A stretch of 64,000 bases of DNA from Tubulanus polymorphus (Eukaryota > Animalia > Nemertea): positions 10,563,950 to 10,627,949 of the forward strand of contig NC_134026.1 of assembly GCF_964204645.1 (NCBI RefSeq). Reading direction: 5' to 3'. Positions within the stretch are counted from its first letter, which is position 1, and each line of letters opens with the position of its first letter. The translations under genes were made by a program, and so were the position numbers. Shown piece by piece: positions 14,301 to 29,300 of this stretch. The notes beneath the pieces are model-generated. The model searched no databases. It was given only the letters and a program-made list of their open reading frames with translations, and was not told where the DNA came from.

Positions 14301-17300
14301 GTCAAACATCCAGGAAGAAAGACACTCTAAATATTTGGATGGATATATGAAAGCTGTGGGTACTGGAGTGTGTAATGGGTAGTGTAGTGTGATCTGTGTG
14401 CATTTGTGGCCAGCACACAGATCACATTGTTCAATGGGGTTTGGTCCAGGAGTTGCAAGATTTTCAACAACAGGGAAGTAACGTGTAATAAATGATGACT
14501 TGAATTGCATGACTACCTACCACCCCTCATTATTGTTGGAAAACTAAACGTTCCGCACTGACTAAGAATTAGTAATAACATTTTAGAAATGGCCAGAATT
14601 TTAACTTAGGTTCTATCTCATTTCTTTTTTACAATTGCGATTGGTATAATTTTTTTTAAACGGCCGTTAAGGCTTCATGTTTCGTCTGCAATTCACTGCA
14701 AATAGTTACGCAACTACGCACATTTCAGTGCACATTTCATTTATCATTAATTAACATCGCCATATCATATCATCAACTTATATTGTGCCTTAAAACCCTA
14801 ACAGCCGAAATAATTGAAATGCACACACGATTTCTATCATTGAAAATTGAGAGAGTGGCCATGTTTGTGTTTGCTGCTTCGCGTAAATCCCGCGCGGTGG
14901 CGCAACCGCGCGGAGTGGGGCCGATACGTCCAGGAAGAAAGCCACTAAATATTTCGATGGATATATGAAAGCTGTGGGTACTGGAGTGTGTAATGGGTAG
15001 TGTAGTGTGATCTGTGTGCTTTTGTGGCCAGCACACAGATCACATTGTTCATTGGGGTTTAGTCCAGGACTCACGAGATTTTCAACAACACGGAAGTAAC
15101 GTGTAATAAATGATGACTTGAATTGCATGACTACCTACCACCCCTCATTATTGTTGGAAAACTAAACGTTGCGCACTGACTAAAAATTAGTAATAAATAT
15201 AGCTGCAAAGCAGCGACAATGGGTTTTCTGCACAGTCTTAGAATCCTGTTCAATGGATTTCGACAAAGCATTTGATAAGGCACAACATCAGCCATTACTA
15301 AACAGGCTTTTAGGAAACAGTATCAATGAGAGGTCGCCCATATGGCTCAGCAGTTATCTCTGAACGAAAACTTGTAGCCGAAATCAACGGAACACCTCAT
15401 CTTGGAATAATTCGGTCAAACTAGTGGAGTCACGCAAGGTAGTATCCTAAGTTGTCTTCTGTTTAATGTCCTGACAAATGACATACACAGTAATCCAACA
15501 TATACCAGACCGAGTAAATTTCCAAATTGACCTTAACACGCTGTTCGACCAAAAAACTTAACGTTCCAACAAGAAAATCTTGTTCGAATGAAAATAATTC
15601 TGTTTGATAGAACAATACGCTTTTTGCTTGACCCAAAACTTTTCTTCATTCTGACAAAAAATGTGTTCGAATAAAAAGCTATGTTATTGTTGAAATGAAA
15701 AATTTTTAGTCCCGGCAAAAAAATTTGGTTGAGCGAAAACAAGTTTTTTCGAACGAATGTTTGAATGAAAACAATTCTGTTCGATTGAACGAAATACTTA
15801 ATACTTTCGGTTCGGAGAAAAAACTTTTTTCAATATACTTGTTCGAACGAAAAACTTAATGTTCTGACAAGGAAATTCTGTTCAAATTAAAACGATTCTC
15901 TTCAATTGAACGATTGTTCGAACGAAAAACCTTTCGTTTGGACAAAAAAAAGTTTATTCAACTTTGTTCTAACGATTTTTTTCAAATTGGTTCAATCGTA
16001 TAGAATATTATTGGTTCGAACGAAATAAATTTTGTTCCGACAAAAGAATTTTCAAGCGAAGGTCTTTTGAACGAAAAAAAAAGATATTTCTTGTGCTCCG
16101 CAGTAACTTAAAGCCGGACGTAGGTTGGTCTTGTGACACGATGCGATCCTCGCGTTGCATCGCAAGTTTCGGTGCAAGTCGGTTGCAATACGATTGTGTG
16201 CGACTAGTCGACATATTCATGACGACTTGAAACTCAGTCGTCATATTACTGGCGTCCTCATCTTACATTTAGACATGTCTTCAAATGACGGCTTGTCTCG
16301 TGGAAAATGAGCAAAAAAGCGAAATTTGTTGTGAAAATGTCACGATATGTAGACATATTCATGTGGACTTGACGCGATATATCGACATAAATATGGCGAC
16401 TTGTTGAGTTTGAACGCGACAACTCGAGGCCCTTTATCGCTTCCGTACTATATCAGATTAATCGACTTCAAAATAGGCGAAAGCATAAGTCTTTATTACG
16501 TTTTTAATTGGCCTTATTATTCAAAAGCCAATAAAGTGGGCGACAAAACCAAGAAAATTAATTGTCGCGGGCGATAAAACCAAAATAATCATTTGTCGCG
16601 GGCGATAAAACCATAATAATCAATTGTCGCTGGCGATAAAACCAAAAAAATGAATTTTTGCGGCGATAAAACCAAAATCTTGAATTGTCGCGGGCGACAA
16701 AACCAAAATATTGATTTGTCGCGGGTGACAAAACAAATAAATTGCCCATGGGCAAAGTGTGGTTTACCTTGAAAGCTAGAGGTTGTTTGGAGTAAGGGCA
16801 TTGCTTGAAAAATCTTTTTAATTCGTGACTTCAAAGATCCACAGTTTATATTGTATTTTATCTTTCCTAAAGAATTATTTTGTAGTCAAATAAGACCAAA
16901 GATATACATTTGTTTGCGGTCCACGTCTAAAAGTTTGTAGGGTACAGGTAGGCACGGCAGGGAAACTATTTTATATTTTCCAAAAAATATGTTCAATATA
17001 ATATGAAAAAATATTCAAATAAGGCCATCCCAAAATAATTGTCTGTTTGCTGCAACACCGACTCAACTTTTCAGGATGAGTCGGTAGGTAGGTAGAATTT
17101 TTTTTTTGCAAAATTTTTGGGCAAAAAAAAAACACATTTTTCACCTTTGGGCTTTTTTACATGGAAACAATATCGCAAAAAATCATCTACGTTGCGCACA
17201 GGAAATTTGTCTAATAGCGTAGATTTCAAGAATTATTCTAAAATTATAACTTCGTCCAGAGCGTCATCTCTGTCTTAAAAATGAAACGGTACATTGAATA

Positions 17301-20300
17301 TGTGCGCGCTTTCACGTTACCAGCTATTCAGTCACTTTAGTCACTATTAGAATGAATGGCAGCTTATTGGAACATTGCCAGTTTCCTGGAAACTTAAACT
17401 AGGCCACATGTCAAGGCATGTTTTCACACCATGCACACTAGAATTCAAACATACGTAGCTCATAGTCGGTCGGCTGTTTTTATCAAAAATAAAATTTATT
17501 TCAATGAATCCTAGAAAAAAGTTTTCACTCGGTACCTCTGAAGTCAGGTTGGTCGGGTTACGGCAAACAGACCATTATTTTGGGATGGCCTAAAATTCAT
17601 CACATATCAGAGGGTGGCTGAATATTGGGTCTTGGAAACCTCTTCCAATGTTGGCCACGGAAGCTAAAATATCGGTGGTACAGAAGAAATCGGCTATTAG
17701 ATCGTTTTAAGTCCTGGAATTTACCACTACAATATTCAGACCTCGACAGACCTTTTAGTTTGCTGCTTAGTATTTTCAGGTCACAAGAAATTACAATTTA
17801 TTACAAATTCTATCGAACAGAAAACACAGCGCTCATCTTCTGCTATGATTATTCAGCCTATTTTCATATCAAAAGTTCACGCGTTACAGCATCACCGTAG
17901 TGTACTGTACGAGCTTGTGTGTGTGTGTGTGTGTGTGGTGTAGCACTCCGCGTGCATGTGGAGGCCTCGTGTAAGTGAATATTCGCTTACACCTCAATGT
18001 CAATCAAAACAATCACCGGGTATTAAAATGAAACAATACCTATGGCAGATGAGTGAAATAATTACATCCTCACCAGCAATGAGCATTTGAAATCGGCACG
18101 TATACGGCACCTAGTCCAATGAAACGTACACCATTCTATGGCTTTCCCATAATTTTAGTAGCGCCGGAATTCCCCGTATATCCAAAAAACAATCCCATTT
18201 GTTCGTAGAGACAACGCCCCCCCAATCGAGGTCATTGCAATTTTATACGCGAGAGCTAAGAATTTTCCCGCCAAAAACAGTTTTTCGTAGAATTTTAACT
18301 CAGTTGACCATGTCATCGACGGAGGTTCGCCATCGCATCGATTATACGTCTTTTAAGCCGAGAACCAATGAAACAAATGCTCACATAAAAAAACGTACCG
18401 CGATTTTACATGAATTGGCTCAATGCCAACATCATATCGCTGACAAAGGTAAACCAAAAATGGATTGTCGCGGGCGATAAAACCAAAATCTTGAATTGTC
18501 GCCGGCGGCAAAACCAAAATATTGAATTGTCGCGACAAAACCAAAATATTGATTTGTCGCGGGTGACAAAACCAAATTAATGAATTGTCGCGGGTGATAA
18601 AACCAAACTAATGAATTGTCGCGGGCGATAAAACCAAAATAATGAATTGTCGCGGGCGATAAAACCAAAATAATGAATTGTCGCAGGCGACAAAACCAAA
18701 ATTATTGTTTTGTCGCGTTATTTTAGTTTTGTCATAATGTCGCCCTCATTTGCATATACGTGTTTTTTTTAAGCATGGCCCTTATCAGCCACCATACTAA
18801 AGCCTTAAGGTCGCGTAAAACTCGATAAACACTTCAAGCGACACAGCGAACGATCTCCTTTCCCCCACAGCGAACGCTTAACCTAGTAGAGGCTACTAGC
18901 CTATGTAGGCCTATGTATATGCGTAGGCCTTACATCCGGACAGATTGGTCGTAAGCCTATTGAATAACAACCCACCTAAATATCGTAAATTTTGTTTTGA
19001 AGATCAATCCAATGAGTCCGTTAATAAACGCAACAATTATTCTGTGTTTGTTTGAGACGGTAAAGCTCAGTACCGGTAGGCCTAAAGCCGCGTCAAACTC
19101 GATAAACACTTCAAGCGACACAGCGAACGATCCCTTTCCCCCACAGCGAACGCTTACTCCGAATGTCAAGTGTGAGTCCAGCATACGGAAAGGATTGTGT
19201 TATATACTTGTATTTAGTAAATACCTTGTGCATTTGACAATGATCGGTATGTACTGTAGGAAATATAGAGTATTGATGGTATTGATATAGAGGTTGAAGC
19301 CCGCGGCCGAATAAAGTAATATATTCTTTTATTTTGATACCTCGTCGACATAACAGCTTTTCTCCGCTATATCTCTTCGGCGTGTTTCGTTTAGGCCTAC
19401 GACTCCCTGGTACACTTATGATTTATCTTAGTAAATACACGGTTAATTTGATAACGAAAAGTAGGTATTGCTAAACTAACTGCATGACGCCCGCAGCCAA
19501 ATCACTGGTAGTAATAAATTAATTTGTACTCGATTTGATTCCCATGATGAGGTGAAACTCGCAGCTGATCCCCGGAACGACGATGTAGTGACACACGTCG
19601 ATTCGTCAATGTTTACGGCTCGACAGTGCTTTTAAAATCTAAAGTAGTAAATTTCCTGTATATCGGTAATACGATTTGATGAGGAAAATGGGCTATTGTT
19701 AAAATTAGTTTTTAAACCGCGACAGAATGTGCAATCTTTGGGTAATAAATTTGTTAATTTATGCTTGAATTGATAATTGATGTGACAAGAAACGTGCGGT
19801 AGATTTCGGAAAGAGGACTTAGAAAAACATGTCGGCTCTTTGAATGGGGCTCAATTTTCTATGTTTACGGCCCGACAGTGCTTTTGTAACGATGATTCTT
19901 CGAAATACGCACGGGGTATTTGTAGATCGAAGTGAGCTGAATGATATCAGACGGATTTTATCGACAACAGCGTCAAGGTAACAAAGCCTTTGTCCTTTTA
20001 GTAAAAATAGTGTGGAAGAAAATAATAATAATAATAATCACGCGGATATCAATAGGGTTTTCTGTGAAATAACAGAAAACCCTAATAATTAATAACATTT
20101 TAGAAATGGCCAGAATTTTAACTTAAAGGTTCAATCTCATTTTTATTTTACAATTGCGATTGGTATAATTTTTTTTAAACGGTCGTTAAAGCTTCATGTT
20201 TCGTCTGCAATTCACTGCAAATAGTTACGCAACTACGCACATTTCAGTGTTTTTGGCAGCTGTACACTCAATCGGCACCGTTCGTGACTAGCTTCACTGC

Positions 20301-23300
20301 GGAATTATCATTAATTAACATCGCCATATCACATCATCAACTTATATTGTGCCTTAAAACCCTAACAGCCGAAATAATTGAAATGCACACACGATTTCTA
20401 TCATTGAAAATTGAGAGAGTGGCCGTGTTTGTGTTCTGCTGCTTCGCGTAAATCCTGCGCGGTGGCGCCACCGTGCGGAGTGGGGCCGATACGTCCAGTA
20501 TTCACTCAGATAGAAATACAATTTAAATTGGTTTGAAGTTCTAAGATCACTTTTCTTCATCATCAAGAAAAGCTGCTTAAGTTAATTGCACAGCCTCTCT
20601 AGATGATTTATAAGAATTTTTAAGTTCACTGCCACTGATGAGATAAATCGTCATGGTGGGTGCACCGCAGTTTGCCATGATGAGTTACATCGTCATCGAT
20701 TCAATGTCATTTGAAGAATGACAAACATAGCCCTACTCGCCCACTTGACACATTCTTCATCAAAAATCGATACCATATCATTCTCATAAAGAAAAAAGCA
20801 TGGGACTCAACACGTTCCCCTGTTGTACTCAAATGTGAGACTCAAATGCATCAGATGCAGAAGACGGTCCTAGTTTTAGACGGCATGTCATGTTTTCATA
20901 CATACTTTTAATTATCTCATTAAAGTGACTCCCAATTTCTGATTTTTTTAGTTTATGTATGAGACCTTGATGCCATACGGAGTCAACAACTTCTTGAGAT
21001 CTATGAAGCAACAATACAATTTACCCAAGGTGGACAACTTGGAATATTTTTTAAAGTTAACATGTGATCTGTAGTTCTATTTTTTGGCATAAAACCAATC
21101 TGGTTGGGGGCTATTAGGTTTGCATTTATAGACGGACGACGGGCAACGGGCGCCGAAGGCGGATTGGGTCGATGAATAGTTTAACAATGAACCCTGAGGA
21201 CGTCCCTTTGATAAACGCGTATATGTGGATTCTAGAAAGTGTCTTAACCGATTCTGACTAGCTGACAAAGTCAGAAAAAAATGACGTCACTTGACGTCCG
21301 GTTTGAAGTTCATGGGGAAATCGGAAGTAGAATTACGTCACGCTAAAATCCGGCAGCCCACTAACTAAAATCCGGCAATTTATGAATCGGGTTATTTCAG
21401 AATGTATTTATTTCGTGAAATTTCGAACAAGATTGGGTCGATGAATAGTTTAACAATGAACCGCGTTGATCGAACGAGTTCGAAAATAGCTGAAATCCCC
21501 TTAGCAACGGGAGCGAATTCATGAAACAAACCGCGCGCCGGCGCCCGGTTCACTGCCATCGCAGGCTCGAATCCCGGAGAATTACGCTCTCGTGCGCGCG
21601 TGCGACAGTCAACCCCAGCCGCAGCGCTGAAATATGTAATCATTTATCAAATTTAATGACCCTAAAACTGCGATGAGTCGCGTTGCCGTACGATTTGCTT
21701 AAAATTTCACGGCAGCGCGGCGGCCCGAGGATGGATCAGCACGGTCTCGCTGCGAGGAGCAGCGACATCAAGGTCGGCAAAAACATTAGTCTCTGCCCCT
21801 TCTTTCACCAAATAAGGAATTCGCTACCGCTGGCCACGTGCATTATTAATTTTGAGCCGTAGATTCCCGGTACTCGACATTCCCCCGAGAATTAGAGACA
21901 AATAAATATTTTCGCGAGAGAAATCAATTTTTGTATTGACATTTGAATTTTACTGCTGATGATTTATTCAATTTTTTTTCTGGCAGAAAAAAATTATGCA
22001 ATCGATGCGTTTCAACGTGTCTTTCATTTTTTCGTGCCTTCCTTTACTTTTCAAATGGAGCTAATCTCTAAATTAACACCAGGTCAAATTCTTCTATCTC
22101 GCAAACCGTCTCAGTTTCACCATAATGTCGGTTTTTACATTTCGGGTTTTACAAAGTGGTTTATAAACCATTGAAAAATTCCTGATACAAATCGAAATAG
22201 TAATCTTTTTAGCAGTGGTAAACCGACCTTCCCCGGGTAGCCAAAGACCAGTTTATATTTAGTTAAGAAATGGGTCAAGTTATTTTCATAGAAAATTGAA
22301 TTTCATTAGATCTACAGATGAAATGAACAGGTCCGTCATAATTTTCCTAATCAAAATATTAGCCAAAATTTTTAATAACCAGAAATTAATCGAACCTTAA
22401 AGTTGAAGTTTCATCTTTCTTTCCCCCACCACTTAACTATATGGCATTAGTTTTCATTTTTCCAAGCTTAACAATAAGAATTGATTTAATTTCTTCAATA
22501 ATTTAATGCTTGGGGCCCAAATCTACAGAACAATTTCAACATCAAAATAAAATTGATAGACTTTAAGAGTTATAGTAAGAGTTTCTTGGCAGTTTCATTG
22601 ACAACAATTAATTTTCTCGGTGTTCCTTTAGTCACTGACATTATTTTAAGTGGTTTTGTTACACTCCGTGAACGAGGTTGTTTTCGAATCGTTATGATTT
22701 CTTAATCTTAGTCGTAAAAATTAAATCAAGCTGCAGTGACGAAGCATCCGTCACTTAGATTTCATCTAATACATATTAAGGTAATTAGTAAGTCTGTTAT
22801 TGAGAACTTGGCAAAAAACTTTGCCCAAACAGCTACCCAGTGTGATTCCTCTATAATTATCCGGCAGCGTTCTGTCGCCTCTTTTTAGTATAGGTACAAT
22901 AAGGCCTTCAGACCAAGATGTCGGGAATATACTGTTCAGAAAACGAAATTGAATTATTTGGCAAGTGGTTTGATAATGTAGTCTTTGCCATATTTAAGTA
23001 ACTCGTTAGTTATTCTGTCAAGACCTGGGGATTTACTGTTTGTAAGTTTAGACAGAGCATTGGATATTTCTTCTTCAGTAATTCGGTAGTCTAATTCTGT
23101 AAAAACATTGTCGGTTTCGGATAGATTGTCTTCAACAACGATTTCATGTTACAACTTGATACATATTCAAGATAATTGTAAGTAAATCAATATTGCTATG
23201 CACAGATTCCAAGATCTGCAACTTCTAAAAAATAATGCAGAAAAAAAACCCAGAAGTCTAGGAGGGGTTGATTCTGCTGATATTCCTCGATTCATTTTCA

Positions 23301-26300
23301 AACAATCGATTTGAATGTACAGGAATTACCACAAGAAATTCTGGCACCGAAAAAAAACAAGAGCTCTATTTACAGCAAGTGATTACCAGTATAGGCCTAT
23401 ATTAGACCTCGCAGTAAATAAAATCGGTCCAACATTTGTTAGCTGCAAAAGGTAGTTAGTTAGGCTAAGTAGAAGGAAATTTAAGCAATGCTAATTTTGA
23501 TCCAGTCTCACAGTTGCCAGTAAGGATTTGACTGCTGAGCAATTAAAAAACTTTTAGGAGCCAAATCAAACCAAGAACTTTGAAAATGGTAGTTGCCATG
23601 CTTGGTAACATACCCCATATTTGCACCTGCTTTGCTGAAATACAGATAGTTTTAAAACATTTAGTTGAAATTAAGGATATGATAATCGAATATGATCTTT
23701 TCATCATTCAAAAACCGTTGCTATATATACCAGAATAAATATAAATATATACCAGAAACCAATTGACTTTGAAACTGCTACAATCATAGAACATGTCCTA
23801 AACTACAATTTTGCAATGTGCTAATAAAATCAGGCCCGTGCCGATGGGGATTCAGGGGTAGCAAACAAAGCCCCTAAAATTTTCATTGTGCCCTTCAAAA
23901 AGCCAGTGCAAAAAGGTTTGGGTCAAGGTTTTTTGGGAAAATGAAAAGTAATCCATTCTCAAATGATTTATTCAGGTATCCAGGCACCTCATAGTGAAGA
24001 TCTGCCCTTTTTCAATAAGAAAGTACCACTTGTTACGGTGAAAAAGTACTTTCTTGAAATAGCACTGCCCCTCAAAATAGCTCAGCACGGGTCTAATAAT
24101 ATGCATAGATCCCCACATAGGGCCTAAATAGAACTACTAAGTAAATTTCACCATTCAATTCTCCCCATATAATTCTCCCTGGTAGACGCAGAAGCCAATA
24201 GCCTTGAAAATCACTTACAGTCATAGAAAGCATCATGATCTACAACTTTGCTATCGATTGTGATAACAAAATATGCATAGTCCTAGGTACCAATATGATG
24301 AAAACTAGGGGTCCAGGGACACCACGCCCACTTGGGAAGTGGTTTGAAATGCTCAACAGACTTAAAACTCACCACGCTCATAGAACATGTCACTAGCTAC
24401 AATACTTCTATTCAGAGGATTTTAATGTTAGCCACCGCCATTAGTGTGTCAAAGAATCTGTCTGCTATGTTTAAGAGCTTTCAAGGGTATGAACCAAGCA
24501 TCAAGACAATCCATTGAATCGTCTTAAAAACTTCCCAAAAAAATCTGTCAATGGATGAATGGACGGACGGTATAAATGGACAGACAGACTGAGGGACAAA
24601 AAGTGAACGCAATAGTCCCAAGTGATTGTCAAGGCATTGAGAAGGTCGGCATTGATCATCTGAGGGGGTGGGTTGAGACAGCAGATAAACAGCTGCATTA
24701 ATGTTTATGGAAAGCATTGCAATGTACATTGCAGGTTGGCAAGCTTATTTAGTTCTATCAGGGCCTATTCTTTCAATGCTCACCAATCTCTAAAATCTCT
24801 CTTTCCACTACTCTTTGGATCACGTGACCAGTTATGAGGAGAGTGGAACTCTACCTGCTGTTGAGGTGGTTAAGCTGGAAGAGTGACATCATCAAAATGG
24901 CCACCGTTGAAATCTCTATTTCGATTTGTTATTCAAGTTAGATTATCTACTTACAACCCCCACTGACTAAAAGCTGCCATTTTGACTCTCCTAATTCTAT
25001 TCTTATCAGACACTGTTGGAGAGTTGTCCAAGCACAGATTGGAGAGTACAAAAGAAAAGGCTCTTTGATTGAGCTACTTAGTTTTTTTCAAATAGGTAGC
25101 ACTGCATTTTATGCGATATGCATCCAATCTACAATGTTAGCTTAAATGATATAACTCTGATGGCAAAATACATGAAAGTACATGCACAAAAATTAATTAC
25201 ATTTGATACACTGTTAAGAAATGCAATTGATCTAATGCAAAATTAAGAGACACTCTTAGATAGGCTTCCATATAGGCTCATTGGACTATTGACAATGAAA
25301 TTAAAATAGTTTGCACAATACTTAGCTTTGCAACAATAGGAAAAAATGATCACTAAGTCGAATAGTACATCTAATTCTTTCTAATTCATTTATTCTGAAA
25401 CTATTTTCAACCTGGGTGCTTTTGCTATAGTAGAATTGATAATACATGAACGATAAAATTCTAATTTGAATAGTCCAATGAAAAAATGTTAAGCTTATCA
25501 GGGGTTTCAGGACATTATATCTAAGTTTTACATGATATGTTTGCTGTTATACTTGAATGAATGCACTATATATTAAAATAAACAAAATTTAGATGCCATC
25601 ACATGAACACATCTTTGAACTCAATGCCTTCAATCAATAATAGAAAATGGTTAACATAATACATCATCTTAAGTTACAGATATTTCTCATGTACAAATAA
25701 CAACTGGCTGAAAATAACTTACACAAAATATAATGTGATAAAAACTAGGGGCCCAGGGACATCATGCCCACTTGGGAAGTGGTTTCAAATGCTCAACAAT
25801 CTAACAATTTCAACATTCAACGCCCCCTGGTGACCATTTACAAAAACCAATGACCTTGAAACTCACCACAATCATAGAACATGTCAGCAGCTACGATTTT
25901 GTAATTGATTGTGATAACAAAATATGCCTCGTTACCAATTTAATATGGAAATACTAAGTCATTCTCCTATTCAACGCCCCCTGGAGACCATATTCAAAAC
26001 CCAATGACCCGAAACTCACCGCAATCATAGAACATGTCATGAACTACACTTTGCAATTGATCATGGTAACAAAATATGCCTAGGTACCAATATAATAAGG
26101 AAATACTAAGTTATTCTACTATTCAACGCCTCCTGGTGACCATATAGAAAAACTTATGTCCTTAAAACTCGCAACAATCATAGATGATGTCATGAGCTAC
26201 ACAACTTTCCAATTGATTGTGGTTACAAAATATGCATAGGTACGAATATAATAAAGAAATGCTAAGATATTGTATTATTCAACGCCCCCTGGTGGCCATA

Positions 26301-29300
26301 TACAAAATCCAATTACCTTGAAACTCACCACAATCATAGAACACGTTATGAGCTACAACTTTCTATTTGATTGTGGTAGCAAAATATGCTTAGGTATCAA
26401 TATAATGTGGAAAAACTTTTTCCCACTTACGAATGAGTACTGGTGACACCAAGATGGCCGCCAATTGCGTCATAATTGGCTGATGAAAAATACATGTCTC
26501 AGGTATAAAACATCCCTTTCCAAAGAATACCCATCACAAATTGTAATGAGAAATGGCAAACCAGTAGGAAGCTACAGGACTCAGAATTCGGGCCAAAATT
26601 AACATTTTTGGGCACTAAAAAGGTCATAGGACGGCCATCTTGAGTCCGACCGACCCAATTTTTGTTATGTTGATGGGCCCTGGGGGGATTCACATATATC
26701 CGAAAGATCAAGGTAATTGATCAAAGCATCTTCAAAATTTCCCTCAAAAAGTTCAAAAATGTGTAGAAAGTGCTGATTTTGGCGAACAACAATGGCTGCC
26801 AGTCGGCCATCTTGATTCTGACAGGGCCAGTTTTTGGGCTGAAGATGTGTCTAGGGTAGATACATGCGTAACACAAATATTAAGACATTACCTTGAAGCG
26901 TCTTCAAAACTTCCTAAAATAACTGGATTCCGTCTACGGACGACGGACGAAAAGTGAACGCAATAGCCCGCTGGGACTAAAGTCCCAAGTGGGCTAAAAA
27001 TAGACTGGAGGACCATAGTTTCCCTGGTCAAAAGCACTGTTTGTTTTGAAAAATCATGGTCGTTTTTACTTCCAGCTTGATGCGGTACACACAGCTTTTG
27101 CCGATTTTTTTCGGATTAATCACACGATTCAACAATCTCAAAGGCACTAAAATCTTTCTCAAACTTCTCAGTCTAGTGCAGAAATTTGTTATCTTCAAGA
27201 TAATTTTGCTTGAAGCGTTTGGATTACCAATGACAAAGGTTCCGAACTGGTGAAGTGATATACCTATCGACCGATCTAACGAGGATTTGGCTCCCTTGTT
27301 TTTTTTTGTATAATATAGTGCCCAGGATTAGGGTCAAAAAGTTTTTGCGTCAGGCCCATGGTGGAGGGTATTACTAGAATAATGCCACTTCGGCATTGTT
27401 AATAGACGGACGCCGGACGCCGAAGGCGCCCGGAGGACGTCCCTTTCGTAAACGCGTATATGTGGATACTACGAAGTGTCTTCTTAACCGATTCTGACTA
27501 GCTGACAGAAGTCAGAAAAAAATGACGTCACTTGACGTCCGGTTTGAAGTTCATGGGGAAATCGGAAGTAGAATTACGTCACGCTAAAATCCGGCAGCGA
27601 AATAACTAAAATAAGGCAATTTATGGATCGGGTTATTTCAGAATTTATTTATTTCATGAAATTTCGAACAAGATTGGGTCGATGAATAGTTTAACAATGA
27701 ATCGCGTTGATCGAACGAGTTCGAAAATAGCTGAAATTCCCTTAGCAACGGGGAGCGAATTCATAATAAACAAACCACGCGCCGGGGCCCGGTCCAGCCA
27801 TCGTAGGTTCGAATCCCGGAGAATTACGCTCTCGCGCGCGCGTGCGACAGTCAACCCCAGCCGCAGCGCTGAAATATGTGATCATTTATCAAGTTTAATG
27901 ACCCTTAAACTGCGATGAGTCGCGTTGTCGTACGATTTGCTTAAAATTTCAAGGCGGCCACGGTCTCGCTCCGCGGAGCAGCGACATCGCGGCCGGCAAA
28001 AACATTAGTCTCCGCCCCTTCTTTCACCAAATAAGGAATTCGGTACCGCTGGCCACGTGCACTATTAATTTTGAGCCGTAGATTCCTGGTACTCGACATT
28101 CCCCCGAGAATTAGAAACAAATAAATATTTTTTGCGAGAGAAATCAATTTTTGTATTGACATTTAAATTTTACTGCTGATAATTTATTCGATTTTTTTTT
28201 CTGGCAGAAAAAAATTATGCGATCGAAGCGTTTCAACGTGTCTTTCATTTTTTCTCGTCTTCCTTTACTTTTCAAATGGAGCTCATTTCTAAATTAACAC
28301 CAGGTCAAATTCTTCAATCTTGCAAACCGTCTCAGTTTCACCATAATGTCGGTTTTTACATTTCGGGTTTATGGTTTATAAACCATTGAAAAATTCCTGA
28401 TACAAATCGAAATAGTAATCTTTTTAGCAGTGGTAAACCGACCTGTCCCGGGTAGCCAAACACCAGTTTATATTTAGGTAAGAAATGGGTCAAGTTATTT
28501 TCATAGAAAATTGAATTTCATTTGATCTACAGATGAAATGAACAGGTTCGTCATAATTTTCCTAATCAAAATATAAGCCAAAATTTTTAATAACCAGAAA
28601 TTAATCGAACCTTTAGGTTGAAGTTTCATCTTCTTTCCCCCACCACTTAACTACATGGCATCAGTTTTCATTTTTCCAAGCTTAACAATAAGAATTGATT
28701 TAATTTCTTCAATAATTTAATGCTCGGGGCCCAAATCTACAGAACAATTTCAACATCGAAATAAAATTGATAGACTTTAAGACTGGTTAGTAAGAGTTTC
28801 TTTCCAGTTTCATTGACAACAATTAATTTTCTCGGTGTTCCTTTAGTCACTGACAATATTTTGAGTGTTTTTGTTACACTCCATACGTGAACGAGGTTGT
28901 TTTCGAATCGTTATGATTTCTTAATCTTAGTCGTGAAAATTAAATCAAGCTGCGGTGACGGAGCGTCCGTCACTTAGATTTCATCTATTACATATTATCC
29001 AATTTCAATAAATTAAGATTTAAAAGGGATATAACTGGAATAACTGGCGGATCTTACCTGCTTTCTTATCATCTTCAACTGTTTTTATCATCAATATTTC
29101 GTCGTAAAGCGACTTTCGTTGTCTCGGAGTTAAATTGAATATCAGTTCTTTAGCCCATGTCTCATCATCCTTAGCAGTCACGGCTGGACCTTTAGGCGGG
29201 GAAGAGAATGTACCCATCCATCTCAGATGACAATTAGACACATCGCCAATAACGCTTGTTGAGGTGGTTGCCTTACGATTTCCAAAATTTGAAGATGTGA

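Noticed and set aside
14277-15128. Recurrent ORF MQFKSSFITRYF (also at 48697-49047) as a gene family
   Set aside because: It recurs only because it lies in repeat family E. The C-termini differ at the element boundary and no domain is recognisable.
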